Shown: positions 14,435 through 26,102 of the stretch, piece after piece
How the letters are laid out: every line of letters starts with the position of its first letter
Position numbering within the stretch: position 1 is the stretch's first letter
NCBI GenBank assembly: GCA_015680685.1
Contig: MNCI01002038.1
Coordinates: 553,950-617,949, forward strand
DNA: 64,000 nucleotides
Direction of reading: 5' to 3'
Source: Gnetum montanum
Lineage: Eukaryota; Plantae; Gnetophyta
Translations under genes and position numbers: made by a program
The notes under the pieces: generated by a model
The model's input: only the letters and a program-made list of their open reading frames with translations
Told to the model about the DNA's origin: nothing
Database searches by the model: none

Positions 14435-15228
14435 TGATGGGACGTGATATTGCATGGGCCGCGATATCACATCCCCCATGATATCGCAGTCTGCCGCAAT
14501 GTCTATAAATAAGAAGCAGCTCTCCCTTGTTCATCATTAGGAGTTAGATTATAGCGAAGCTCTAGCAGTTTGATCCCTCCAGACATAGATTATTTTCCAG
14601 TGTCTGCCCGCAATGTGGTGAATGTAATTGTACAGCATCCTTTATTCGAGTGTGATGTACTTGGACACGCACATGACCAGCAATAAAGATCGAGATTACT
14701 TCATCATTGCAGCATTCACTTTGTTTATTTATTTAATTGTTATTTACTACTTTCCTAATTAGTCTCTCACCCTTATCTCCTAGAACACGGAATGAGTACA
14801 ACTTGATTACGAGCATTTAAGTGTGACTACTTGGTAGCCCAATGGCGTACCCGAGATCTGCGCTTGGTAATCCTAGTGGTAGTCGTGCACGAAGTCCAAG
14901 ATGTGTATGGATGATCAAGGAACGGAAGCTCATCGCACTTAGGCTAGATTAGATTCTCTTACCCTTTCCCTCCTAGCTTAGCTTAGTTAATATTATTTTC
15001 CATTGCCTTCAGAAGTAGCATTACATTAGGAAACCCATCATACACCTCACTCTGGACTAAACCATACATGACAAATATAATACTAGTCCAGGTGGGAGGA
15101 CAGCGAACTGCGACCTAAGGATAACTATCTAGGTGCCACAACTAGTCTATCTGTGGAGTTCGACCGGATCACGCATGAGAACGCTCGTATTCGTATGGTT
15201 GAGTGTAGGGGTACCTTGCCACTCATCA
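14435..15228 (+). repeat. 5' LTR
   Basis: Near-identical to 20038-20858 except for the 5' repeat array; TATAAATA at ~14504. Confidence 0.93.
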
Positions 15229-15229
15229 T

Positions 15230-15247
15230 TGGCGCCGTTGCTGGGGA
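15230..15247 (+). promoter_or_regulatory. Primer-binding site (tRNA-Asp type, typical of Athila)
   Basis: TGGCGCCGTTGCTGGGGA one base after the LTR's terminal CA; matches the Athila PBS consensus TGGCGCCGTTGCCGGGGA with one mismatch. Confidence 0.85.
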
Positions 15248-15599
15248 TGGTGCTAGTTATCTAGATTAGTTATATAATACAAGGTCGCTGTAAAGGACTT
15301 AATGATATATCTTTTAGAAAGAAATAATTATTAAAAGTCACATGTAAAATCACACACAAATTTCACAACCATGCCTCTCCTACAAGATTACAATAATGCC
15401 ACACTTAGTGAGGAAGTTCATTGGAGAACCAACGAATTATCTAACAATGAAGATTGGAGTACGCAATCCGAAGTGGGGGTTTCTTAGAAACAGAGACAAA
15501 GGCCACATCATCCCAACACACGAAGGCATAACTTACATGATGACGATGAACCCCTACTAGCCACTACAAGCCTAATGTAAATACAAGAGGCTCTTCGAA

Positions 15600-16700
15600 T
15601 CTCCCGTAGGCATCGTAAAGAGAGTTGCCTACCCAGGCTCGATTTAAACAACTTCCCTACTTTTTCAAGAGGCTATGACTTAGATCCGCATCAACATTTA
15701 CAAGCCTTCTGCGATGCTTGTACGTGGAACAACATTGATAACAGGTGGCAAAAACTCAAGCTCTTCCCTATGACACTTGTTGACCAAGCAAAAGTATGGT
15801 ATAGATCATTAAAACCAAATTCAATACAACGCTGGTCAACAATGGTAGAAGTTTTTAATGAAAAATATCAAACCTACGCACGAGTGTCAGCCTTGAGGAA
15901 ACAAATCCAAGGATGGAAACAAGCACAACATGAACCCTTGGACATGGCCTTAGAAAGATATTATGCACTATTAAACAACTGTCCAGGCCATGGGTTTTTC
16001 GAGGAAAGGCTAATGTACCATATCATTGATGGGCTACGTAATGAAACAAGAGAGACCTTAGGAATGTATGCCCAAGGTCAACTATATGAACTACGAACCC
16101 ATCAAGTCCAAGAGCTTATTAAGCGGGTAGCAAAAGAAGAAGGAGAATTAGCTAGATGGGAGAGTGTTGAAAAACATCAACGGGACCAAAATCTCAAATT
16201 AATAAAGGTCCATGATCATAAAAAGCAGAAATCAACAAATCTCAAGGTGGAAACATCATCTTTGCCAATACAACAAACATTAGAAGAAGTCAAGGCAAAG
16301 ATCAATAAGATGTTGGAATGGATGAATCAAAGTGTGGAGAATATATCAACAACATTGGAGATAGAGTTCTGACAACCTAAGAAGTAGGACGGAATAGTAG
16401 ACAATCGGAAAGAAGGGATAAGGAAAATAAGAGCTCAACTGCCAATCATACATATGAATGTAACATATGCCTGTATGATCACCCCAAAGGCCAATGCCCA
16501 ATCTTGTTACATTTACATGAGCATTGGGAAAATCGTTACATCTAGAGTTCGTACAAAGATACTGTGTTTGATCACAGTGGCAACAATCCCAGTCGTGGGG
16601 GAGACCACCCTTAGACTGGAGGCACCCTTCATATCATCCGAATCCAAATGCTTATCTTGTTCAACATCCTATTTCTTCAACTGAGCCAACATACTTTATC
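15600..16700 (+). pseudogene. Retrotransposon gag (Retrotrans_gag-like) with stops
   Basis: LPTF..DPHQHLQAF..KLKLFPMTLVDQAKVWYRSLKPNSIQRW (ORF 15770-16372); Cys/His motif CNIC..HP..CP at ~16455. Confidence 0.85.
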
Positions 16701-19321
16701 TCACCACAGTACCATTCTCCTTAATACTATCAACCCATGCCTCCAACATAACCACCACCTTGCGCACCTTATACTCCTCCTAACTTTCAACTTTCTCATC
16801 CTTTCCCTCCTTATACATCACCACCAACTATTCCTAAGGTGCCTGCACCACCACAACAACTCACAAACAACACTTGTGCTACTACTACTAACAGCAATGC
16901 AAAGCCTCCTCAACATCAAAAGCGTCCTTTCTTTAAACACGGCCGTAAGAAGGGACAACACAATTTTGAGGCCACTGCATCTTCCAACCNNNNNNNNNNN
17001 NNNNNNNNNNNNNNNNNNNNNNNNNNNNNNNNNNNNNNNNNNNNNNNNNNNNNNNNNNNNNNNNNNNNNNNNNNNNNNNNNNNNNNNNNNNNNNNNNNNN
17101 NNNNNNNNNNNNNNNNNNNNNNNNNNNNNNNNNNNNNNNNNNNNNNNNNNNNNNNNNNNNNNNNNNNNNNNNNNNNNNNNNNNNNNNNNNNNNNNNNNNN
17201 NNNNNNNNNNNNNNNNNNNNNNNNNNNNNNNNNNNNNNNNNNNNNNNNNNNNNNNNNNNNNNNNNNNNNNNNNNNNNNNNNNNNNNNNNNNNNNNNNNNN
17301 AATCCTTGCATACCATCTAATGGTCCCAAATATCATAGTGGGTCAACTCATTATCCAGGAACTACATTGTATAAATTACCCCACTATGCTCATTATAATC
17401 AAGTGTGTGAAACCCGATGGGGTAAATATGACCAAGCCAAAATACTTCCAACATGCAAGGATCTCCGTCTTCCATTTATTAATCCTTACCATACTCAACC
17501 GCTTAGTTATGGGGGATATCCCCCATTCTAAATAATAAGCAAGATTAATAAATATTTTTCATTTTCTTTAATTTTTCAATTTTTTTTCTAGTTTTTCATT
17601 TTTCAACTTTTTATTTTATCTTTTTATCTTTTTGTGTTTTTGTGTTTTTGTCTTTTTACGTTTTTGTAANNNNNNNNNNNNNNNNNNNNNNNNNNNNNNN
17701 NNNNNNNNNNNNNNNNNNNNNNNNNNNNNNNNNNNNNNNNNNNNNNNNNNNNNNNNNNNNNNNNNNNNNNNNNNNNNNNNNNNNNNNNNNACATCAAGGG
17801 GACTTGCGGATTCTCTTTAGTGACGACTGTGGGTGTTATCATGCAACGTGGTTATACTAAGATCCTTGTAGATCTAATGAAAAATGGGAGTAAGAGTAAT
17901 CAAAAGGGCACTCGAAAATAAAACGTTATTCTAGGGGGTCCCACTGGAAAGACATGCACTCATGCCTGAAGGTTGGCGGCTTCTCTGGATTCAGTAAAGT
18001 GAAAAAAAGAAAAAAAAAAGAAAAAGAAAAAACAAAGTGCCCTAAAACAAAAGTCACTCCTCCCTTGAATAAAATGCCAAGTGATCGTATGCCTTGTTGT
18101 TATGGTACTCTCATAGTCGCTCATCATGGGATGAAACAATGCGATGTCACTGATTAGAGGAATGGACTTGGTCCTGATCTTGGAATGATGGGGTAATGAC
18201 ACCTTAATCATGTTTTACACGTAAGATTCATTATGCCCTGGGTCAGTTACCTCATGTCCCGATCTCTACAATCCCTTTCTATACTTTGCCTCATCTCATT
18301 TTTCATGTAATTGTAGCTCATGTCCCATGTAGCATAGAATTTTTCTCTCATTCTAGTGATATTTACATGTGTGTGTTCTGTGGAGTTAGTGCTGATTACA
18401 TTTAACCCTTCTAGTGCCCACGGACACTTTAAGTGTGGTTACACAAGGGCAATATAGGTTGGAACCTTTTTTGGGGAGGACCCACTTGTGTAATCTCTTG
18501 TGATTCTCACTTATGACATCGCTCACACACACCATTTACCCTCAGCATAATTTTTAAAATAATTTTCTTTCCCTTATTATTATCCCTCTAAATTTTAATG
18601 CTCCAATGTACTATTACATACCCTTTTTCTTACCACCCAAGATTTAATTAGTTAAAATCCACACCATCACCATTAATGGTGCCTTTGAATTAATGAAATT
18701 GCCCTAGAACATCTTGATCATAGTCAATGTCCTCAATTCAAATGTTAATTTCAAAATAACCCTTAAAAAAATTCGGTACATTCTCTAAGTGCCCTAACTT
18801 CAATGAAAATATATATACGTGACCCCCCTTATGCTAATCAACATCATTTGCAATTGTTCACGTAGGGGAAGTTTTTCAATTCCTCTCTACGACTTGTGAT
18901 TGCGCATCCCTTGCTTTCATATCCATCATGTGCTCGCTGATACTCTGATTTTCATTCCATTTGAACCTACTTGAACCTGGAGTGTTCAGCTTAGTTGTGG
19001 GGGAGGGGCACATGCCGAATAGGGCATATAGTGCATAAATTTTTTGAAATTCATCATCACCCGAAGGATATATTTAAGGGTAATTAGTCATAGAATTAAG
19101 AATAGCATGTGTCAAAAACTATTTCATCCCCTTAGCTATACCAGAAAATTAAATTTGGAAACCACCTAAGCAAAGAGGACTCAACACTATAATCTTTCAA
19201 GGACATGTCCTTCCAATAATTAACATCACATGGAAATAAAGTAAATCTATTAAGGCAAGCAGTAAGGTATAACCTAACTTTGGTAACAACCTTACTAACA
19301 ATTAGTTCTGTGTGATTGCAG

Positions 19322-19909
19322 ATGGCCCTGAAACGCGGACAACAGGAAGGTCCTGCTTAAGGTGCGATCAAATGACCTAAGAGAGGTGAAGGACAAGTTC
19401 CTACCAAAAAAATGTAGAGTAGGAGGAACAATCATTTAGTATCCACCAAGAAGACCTTGTTGCTGTACAATCAAGGACTACCCTCTCTAAAAGCGGTGAC
19501 TGGTACTTAGGGGAAACATACCAATTTTGACACCACGATTAACAATTGTGGTGTGACTGTTGATTTTTCTGTTCAAGCCATTTCGGAAGTATTAAACCTT
19601 CCGAATACAGGGCCAAAGGTTACTCAAAACCAGCTGGACACTTTCAGAACTGAGCAACTTAATAAACTGTTGACAGAGAATAAAAGGGTGGTAGAAGAAA
19701 AAGAGAAGGCTGACCAGGATGCCTCTATGGCACAAGTGCAAAATTACATGCATGCCAAGGCACTCAAGGCCTTACTAGAGGAGAAACTCCAGGCCATACT
19801 TCAACGCCATCAAGTCCCAAGACTTGGAGCACAAGAAAAAGGGAAAGACACCCATGGAGGAGCCACCACCACTAGGAACTACATGAGTTCCAAATTTTTG
19901 TCGTTGTAG
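19322..19909 (+). pseudogene. Athila env-like/extra 3' ORF remnant
   Basis: Starts MALKRGQQEGP directly after TACTAAC...TGCAG. Contains GVTVDFSVQAISEVLNLPNTG and a coiled-coil-like tail. Lies between gag and the PPT. Confidence 0.6.
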
Positions 19910-20037
19910 CATTTTTCTATGTTGTGTCTTCCCACACTGCGGCATTGTCCCATTTCTTTTTCCATCAATAATCCCATACCTATCCACTGTGTAATCACTA
20001 TAACTCAAGGATGAGTTTTTATTCAGTCGTGGGGGTA

Positions 20038-20858
20038 TGATGGGCCGCGATATCGTGTACGCGATATCACGTCTGCCACGATATCGCATCCCTCGTGATA
20101 TCGCGTACGTGATATCATAGTCCGCCACAATGTCTATAAATAAGAAGCGACTCTCCCTTGTTCATCATTAGGAGTTAGATTGTAGTGAAGCTCTAGCAGT
20201 TTGATCCCTCTAGACATAGATTATTTTCTAGTGCCTGCCCACAGTGTGGTGAATGTAATTGTACAACATCCTTTATTCGAGTGTGATGTACTTGGACACG
20301 CACATGACCAGCAATAAAGATCGAGATTACTTCATCATTGCAGCATTCACTTTGTTTATTTATTTAATTGTTATTTACTACTTTCCTAATTAGTCTCTCA
20401 CCCTTATCCCCTAGAACACGGAATGGGTACGACTTGATTATGAGCATTTAAGTGTGACTACTTGGTAGCCTAGTGGCGTACCTGGGATCTGTGCTTGGTA
20501 ATCCCAGTGGTAGTCGTGCACGAAGTCCAAGATGTGTATGGATGATCAAGGAATGGATGCTCATCGCATGTAGGCTAGATTAGATTCTCTTACCCTTTCC
20601 CTCCTAGCTTAGCTTAGTTAATATTATTTTCCATTGCCTTCAGGAGTAGCATTACATTAGGAAACCCATCATACACCTCACTCTAGACTAAACCATACAT
20701 GACAAATATAATACTAGTCCAGGTGGGAAGACAACGAACTGCAACCTAAGGATAACTGTCTAGGTGCACAACTAGTCCATCTACAGAGTTCGACCGGATC
20801 ACATGTGAGAACACTCGTATTCGTATGGTTGAGTGTAGGGGTACCTCGCCACTCATCA
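20038..20858 (+). repeat. 3' LTR
   Basis: Direct repeat of 14435-15228, preceded by the PPT and followed by TSD ATAGA. Confidence 0.93.
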
Positions 20859-21699
20859 ATAGAAAACTTTATGGAATGTTATAGAGAAGAAAATTAAACA
20901 AAAACTTAATAAGTGGAAGGATAAGAAGCTTTTAATGGTTGGTAAGTTTATTGTGTGTAAGCATATTATTCAAGCTACTCATGTGTATTATTCATCATGT
21001 GGGGCCCTTAGTATTTTTGCATATCATTACATTGATAAGCTTGTGCAAAATTTCCTTTGGAGTAGTAGCCATTCTAGAAAAAGATTTTGTTATGTTGCAT
21101 GGGATATTTGCACTTTTCACAAAGAGGATAGTGGATTAGGATTGGTAAATTATTATAAGTGTAGTATTATTTTATGTATCAAGTGGATGGTTAAACGCTT
21201 ATATATTAAAAAGCCTTAGAAGCTTCTTTTTGATAAGCGCATTTAGATGGATAAGCCTAGAGATAGTGATTACAAAAAAGATATTAATTTCTTTAATTGG
21301 ATCCTTTTCCAAAAGGTATTACTATATTAGGTTTTATTGTCATAAAGCACATTTGGAAGACTTGGAGTTTTATTAGTGAGTTTTGGAACTTTAATTAATA
21401 ATATTAATGTTTCTACCTCTATGTTTGATAAGATTTCTCCTTAGTGGCTTCTCATTAATAATGAACCATGGGCTATTAAGCATCCAATTCTTTGTAGTAC
21501 ATGGTGAAAGTTTGGCATTTATTTCCTCTTATCTCTTTGCACACATAATTGCTGGATTACTTGGTCTAAATGTCAAAGTTTCTAAGGCACTAATGTTTCT
21601 AAAAAGTCTATATTTTTTGCTCTTTTGCATTTTTTGGACAACAGTGTAAGTATTCAAGATTTTCATAATTGTTTTCTTAAATTTTCTTGGATTAATGAT

Positions 21700-22584
21700 T
21701 GATGAGTCATGTTTTGCAGGGCTACAATATCAAATATCCAATATCAGGGCCACAATTTCGAGTATTCGATATCGAGGCACGACCTTCGATGTTGGATATC
21801 TGATATTGCCCCTCTCATGGTAACCTATAAATACCACACTTGGGTGCATGGTTGGGAGATAGATTTAAGAGAGCTTTTTCATAGATTTCAGAGTAGTTAG
21901 AATTTTGTTAGTTTGTTTTCTAGTGCATGCCCAAAGTGTGATGCTAAGTGATTGTACAACATCCTTATTCAAGTGTGACGTTCTTGGATGTGCTACATGA
22001 TCGACAATAAAGATTGAGATTACTTTCCTTACTACAGCATCCACTTAGATTTATTATTATTTTTAATCATTTAATTGTTTACTATTTCCTTAGTTAATGT
22101 TTCCATTTATTGCTTTTTATTATTCCTTCCATTAAGTGAAATGAGTATGACTAATTGTAAGTGCTTAATTATAATTACTTGGTAACCTAGTAATGTATCA
22201 TTTGATAAGCCCAATGACGTATGCTTGGTAATCCCAGCAATAGTTATGTGAAGTCCAAGGCATGTACAGATGGTTAGGAACGGATACTCATTACATGTAG
22301 GCTAGTTTAGACTTTACTTTCCATTGTTAATTGGATTAAACAATTAACTTCTTTATTGTCATTAGGAGTAGTTTAGGGTTAGACAACATCAATCATCAAA
22401 TGCCTCACTTTGGACTAAACCATATGTGATAAAGCTACCACTAGTCCAAGTGGGAAGATAGCAAACCATAATCAAGCATAGCGATTTAGATGCACAACTA
22501 GTCCCATCCACGGAATTCAACCGGATCATGTGTGAATGCTTGTGATTCGTATGGTTGGGCGTAGGGATACCTTGCTACTCATTA
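21700..22584 (+). mobile_element. Solo LTR, older relative of the Athila-like LTR, inserted in the L1
   Basis: TGATGAGT...ACTCATTA ends; flanks ATGAT/ATGAC (TSD with one mismatch). Internal blocks are shared with 14435-15228 (CAATAAAGAT.GAGATTACTT; GGACTAAACCATA; CGTATGGTTG). Confidence 0.85.
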
Positions 22585-23955
22585 ATGACCATCATGTTTT
22601 TCCATATTGGTCCAAGATTATGTATACTCTTATTAGTTCTAAGATTAATATTTGGCTAAGATTCAATTATCTTTGGAAGGTTAATCATAATGTGCAATTA
22701 TGGAAGCAATGAATTTAGAAGATATGGAATGCATCTACTCCTTTAAAAATTAGATATTTTCTATGTTATTTGATTCATCAAGGTTTTCCTATTGATATTT
22801 GATGCTCTCATTTGGGTGCTCATGACCTAAGATGTCCTATTTGCAACATGGAAGATATATTCATCCATTGTTTTTTTTATTTGTCCCCTTGGTTATAGCT
22901 CTTAGACTTGATGTAATAACCATTTACATGGTTTTCAACTAATGTTAGATGATGTTTTATTTGCTTTCACCATCTTAGTCTTTATGTCATCTAGAAGTTT
23001 CAATGTAATGTAGTTTTTCACAAAGATTCTCTAGCTAATTTTCTTCCATTATCAATTCAAGGTGACCTCATTCAACAATTGTTGCTTCATCCCAATTCTT
23101 AAATATTTCTTTCTTTACTTTTTCTTTTTTATTAACAAGAAGCTGTTTTGTAAGAAGTGAACCAATTTGGATACTTTTCAATGAGGACAAGGTTTGATCC
23201 TTTTCCTACCCTAGAGGGAAAGTTTTTTAGGATTGGTTGTAAGGATGAAAGCTTGAAAAGGCATCCCCAAAACCATTGAGCCTTGCTTTTTTGTTGTTTT
23301 TGAGTTTCTCCTTTACTTCTTTGGTTTTGTACTTTGAATTTTTATTTTTAATATATTTATATTTATGGGTTGACACCGGTAATAGTCTTGGCATGGAAAA
23401 TTATGTCACATGTTTGATTCTAGCAAGATATGCCAAGTTATGTGAACAGAAAAAGTATTTCTATAACAAAAATTTCTGAAAGTGGTTTGATTGATTCAAG
23501 AGATCTAATAAATGTAAATAAAAAATTCAATTTCAATTTTTTAGTTTCACTTTAAATTTAATGAGCTGGTCTTTTTTGTCTCTTTAGTAGCGATAGTATT
23601 TTTTATATTTCCCTCATATTGAACCTACTATGTGGAAATTATAAACTACACAATCTGTCACGATCCAATTACATTTTAACAATATAACCATTACTTTAAT
23701 TGAATGTATATTATAAGTTGCAAGTTCATATTTCACTTGTATTCGGGGATTTTCAAAACATATTCTTGAGGTATTATTTGCATGGCCATCTATCAGTTTA
23801 TTTCTGCTACGGTAAGGTACCGGGGGGCAGTGTCTCCTCTTTACGGAGATTATACCAAATAAGGAGAGAGCAGAAGAGGAGTTTGAAATCTAAAGAAAAA
23901 ACCAAAATTTTAGATTTCAATAGAGAATGCTCTGCTGCTACAGATAAAATACCCC

Positions 23956-25213
23956 CTAAGTGGAAGGAAAATAAGCTATCTATGGCTGGTAAATTTATTG
24001 TTTGCAAGCATATTCTCCAAGCTACCCATGTGTATTACTCTTCTTGTTGGGCTTCTAGCATCTCTGCTTATCGTCGCATTGATCAACTAGTCAAACACTT
24101 TCTTTGGAACAACAGCCATACTAAGAAAGGATTTTGTCGGGTTGCTTGGAACGTCTGTACTTCTTATAAAGAGGACAGCGGTTTGGGCCTCATTGATTGC
24201 TACAAACAGAGCATTGTGTTATGTGCCAAATGGATGGCCAAATGCTTATCTGGCTCTGAACCTTAGAAGCTTCTTTTCCTTAAACGCATACAGCTTGGAA
24301 AGCCCGAAGGTAGTAATTATTGGAATAATACTCATTTCCTTAACTGGATTCTTTTTCCCACTGGTATTACCATTTCTGGTTCTGTTGTCATCAAATACAT
24401 TTGGAAGGCATGGTGTTATCTTAGTCAGTTTTGGAACTTTAACACTATCACTATTTCTTCCTCTACACTTGATAAGCTTTCTCCTTGGTGGATTCCCATT
24501 CACAATGAACCTTGGGCCATTAAGCGTCCTCGTCTATGTAGCACTTGGGATAAGCTTGGCATCTCCTCCCTCTCATCTCTTCGCATTCATAATCGTTGGA
24601 TTACTTGGACTGAATGTCACCTTATTTACGGCTGCTCAAAAGTCTACCTTTTGTACGATTTTGGATACCTTGAACAAAAGTGTTGTTATTCAAGACTCCC
24701 TTGGTAGTTTTTTAGATCTTTCTTNTTGTCCCCTTGCTCATAGCTCTTGGATTTGGTGTGGCAGGTTTTTACAGGGTTTCGACCAAGCTTGGATGAGGTT
24801 CTTTTTGGTGTTCAAGGCTCTTTGATTTATATCTGGTGTCGCCTTCGTCCCCTTATTCTCCATGCTATCTGGAAATTTCATTGTAATGTGGTTTTTCAAC
24901 GTGATTTTCCTACTAATATTCTCTCCTTATCTATTCAAGAAGACATTGTTCAACAGCTAATGTTGCAGTTGAGCTCTTGAACTTTTTCTCTCCCGTTTTT
25001 CTAATTTGTTGAACTCTTGAACTTTTTCTCTCCCGTTTTTCCTAATTTGTTGTAGTTTCTCCTCTTTTGAGGTGAGCTTTTCCCCTTTGCTGTTATTCTT
25101 TGAGACCTCTTCATCTTTTTTGACCCTCTCTTTTATCCCCTTTGTACTATTTTCTTTTTTCTCTATTTATTAAATTTATTTTTTGGGGTCCGACCCCCCC
25201 CCCCCTCCCCCCC
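23956..25213 (+). mobile_element. 5'-truncated L1 copy (same family as 20864-23380)
   Basis: KWKENKLSMAGKFIVCKHILQATHVYYSSCW..HFLW..VAWNVC is colinear with 20910-21690. T-rich 3' UTR ends TTTTTGGGGTCCGACCCCC. Confidence 0.85.
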
Positions 25214-25254
25214 TCTCGAAGAGATTTTTCGCCTGCTGAAGCTTCGGTGGTTTT

Positions 25255-26102
25255 CTGGCAGTAGACATTGAACATGTTTATGCGTCGTCAGAAGACCCTT
25301 CTGGAGACGATTTTATAACCAATCTGAACGCCTCGATACAGGAAAATAGCAAATGTAACCATTTTTCCTTCTTTCGTTTACTTCAAATTGAACATATTTA
25401 AGATAGTTCAACGTCTCCCATTCTGTAACGATTTTATTCAAATTCAACTTATGCAGTCTTTGATCATTTGGTTGAGTTGATACCGGGCGAAGTTCTTGCC
25501 GAGCGAAGATACACCACATCCCGCAGTATGTATTTCCAACATGTTCTGTAGCTCCTAAGATTTTACTATTTCCGAAAAAACGCTTAAAGATGTATGTCAG
25601 TTTTATTTTTCGGAGTTTAGTCATTTCTTCGTTTAGTTAGCATAGAAATTACCTTTCCTTGGCGGGTTTTAATCTCACAGCTTGTTAATTGGTAAAACAT
25701 TTTGATTTTGTAAAGGTAAATCGCTGAAGAATGCGGTACTTTATCATTATTGCTTGTGCGTTTGCTACGTTTTGGAATTCGTATTGTTTCTTATTTAAGA
25801 TTTGTGATGCTTGGTAGTATAATGGCATGAGCAAGAAGGCGAAGGCTGAGGCTAGGAAAGCATTAAAGGAGACCCTGAGAACGGCCCGCCGTGCTAAGGT
25901 AAAGCTGTTACATTAGTTGATAATTGTTTGTTTAGGTTTTATAAGAAGATAAACTATTGTTGCATATAGAGTAAATTTTTCTTATTGCAGTTGGATCCCG
26001 GTAACTGTCTGAGTACGTTAGAACTTGCGAAGAGAAATGCAGAAAAAGAAGATAGAGAGAAATGTGAAGAGGAAGACACTACTGATGTGAAATCATTGAA
26101 AG
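25255..26102 (+). pseudogene. RRP14: RRP14/SURF6-like nucleolar protein, N-terminal exons (25255/25261-25354, 25457-25525, 25818-25898, 25991-26102); frameshifted, rest of gene not found
   Basis: GT-AG-bounded exons splice to ...NASIQENSKFFDHLVELIP[+1]AKFLPSEDTPHPAYNGMSKKAKAEARKALKETLRTARRAKLDPGNCLSTLEL..., matching the Rrp14 N-terminal pattern FDxLxxLIPAxFY...KxxKLDP...TLxL. There is an extra G at ~25486 and no in-frame ATG for the first exon. Confidence 0.75.

Larger units (their letters stand above)
14435..20858 (+). mobile_element. Non-autonomous Athila-like LTR retrotransposon (gag plus 3' env-like ORF, no visible pol)
   Basis: LTRs 14435-15228 and 20038-20858 (TGATG...CATCA); 5-bp TSD ATAGA at 14430-14434 and 20859-20863; PBS TGGCGCCGTTGCTGGGGA; G-rich PPT ~20027-20037. 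Confidence 0.93.
13470..23380 (+). mobile_element. 5'-truncated, decayed L1-clade LINE ORF2 (RT plus C-terminal region) interrupted by two LTR insertions
   Basis: KALGFD (KAPGPD-like) at ~13525; LKLDYANVYD 13901-14092; QG.PL ~14090. It resumes after the TSD at 20859 (KLNKWKDK, NFLW, VAWDIC). A CCHC-like CPIC..EDI.IH motif is at ~22835. Confidence 0.8.

Noticed and set aside
16648-17860. Long ORFs spanning N runs
   Set aside because: Open only because of assembly gaps.
23700-24266. 188-aa ORF suggesting a host-L1 fusion protein
   Set aside because: TTG start and an unrecognisable N-terminal half; chance read-through into a decayed L1 that stops at 24266.
24715-24735. Apparent deletion of the zinc-finger region in the second L1 copy
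   Set aside because: The junction coincides with a single N at 24725, so it is likely an assembly join.
25313-25624. 103-aa minus-strand ORF
   Set aside because: Antisense to RRP14 exons and introns; no recognisable motifs.
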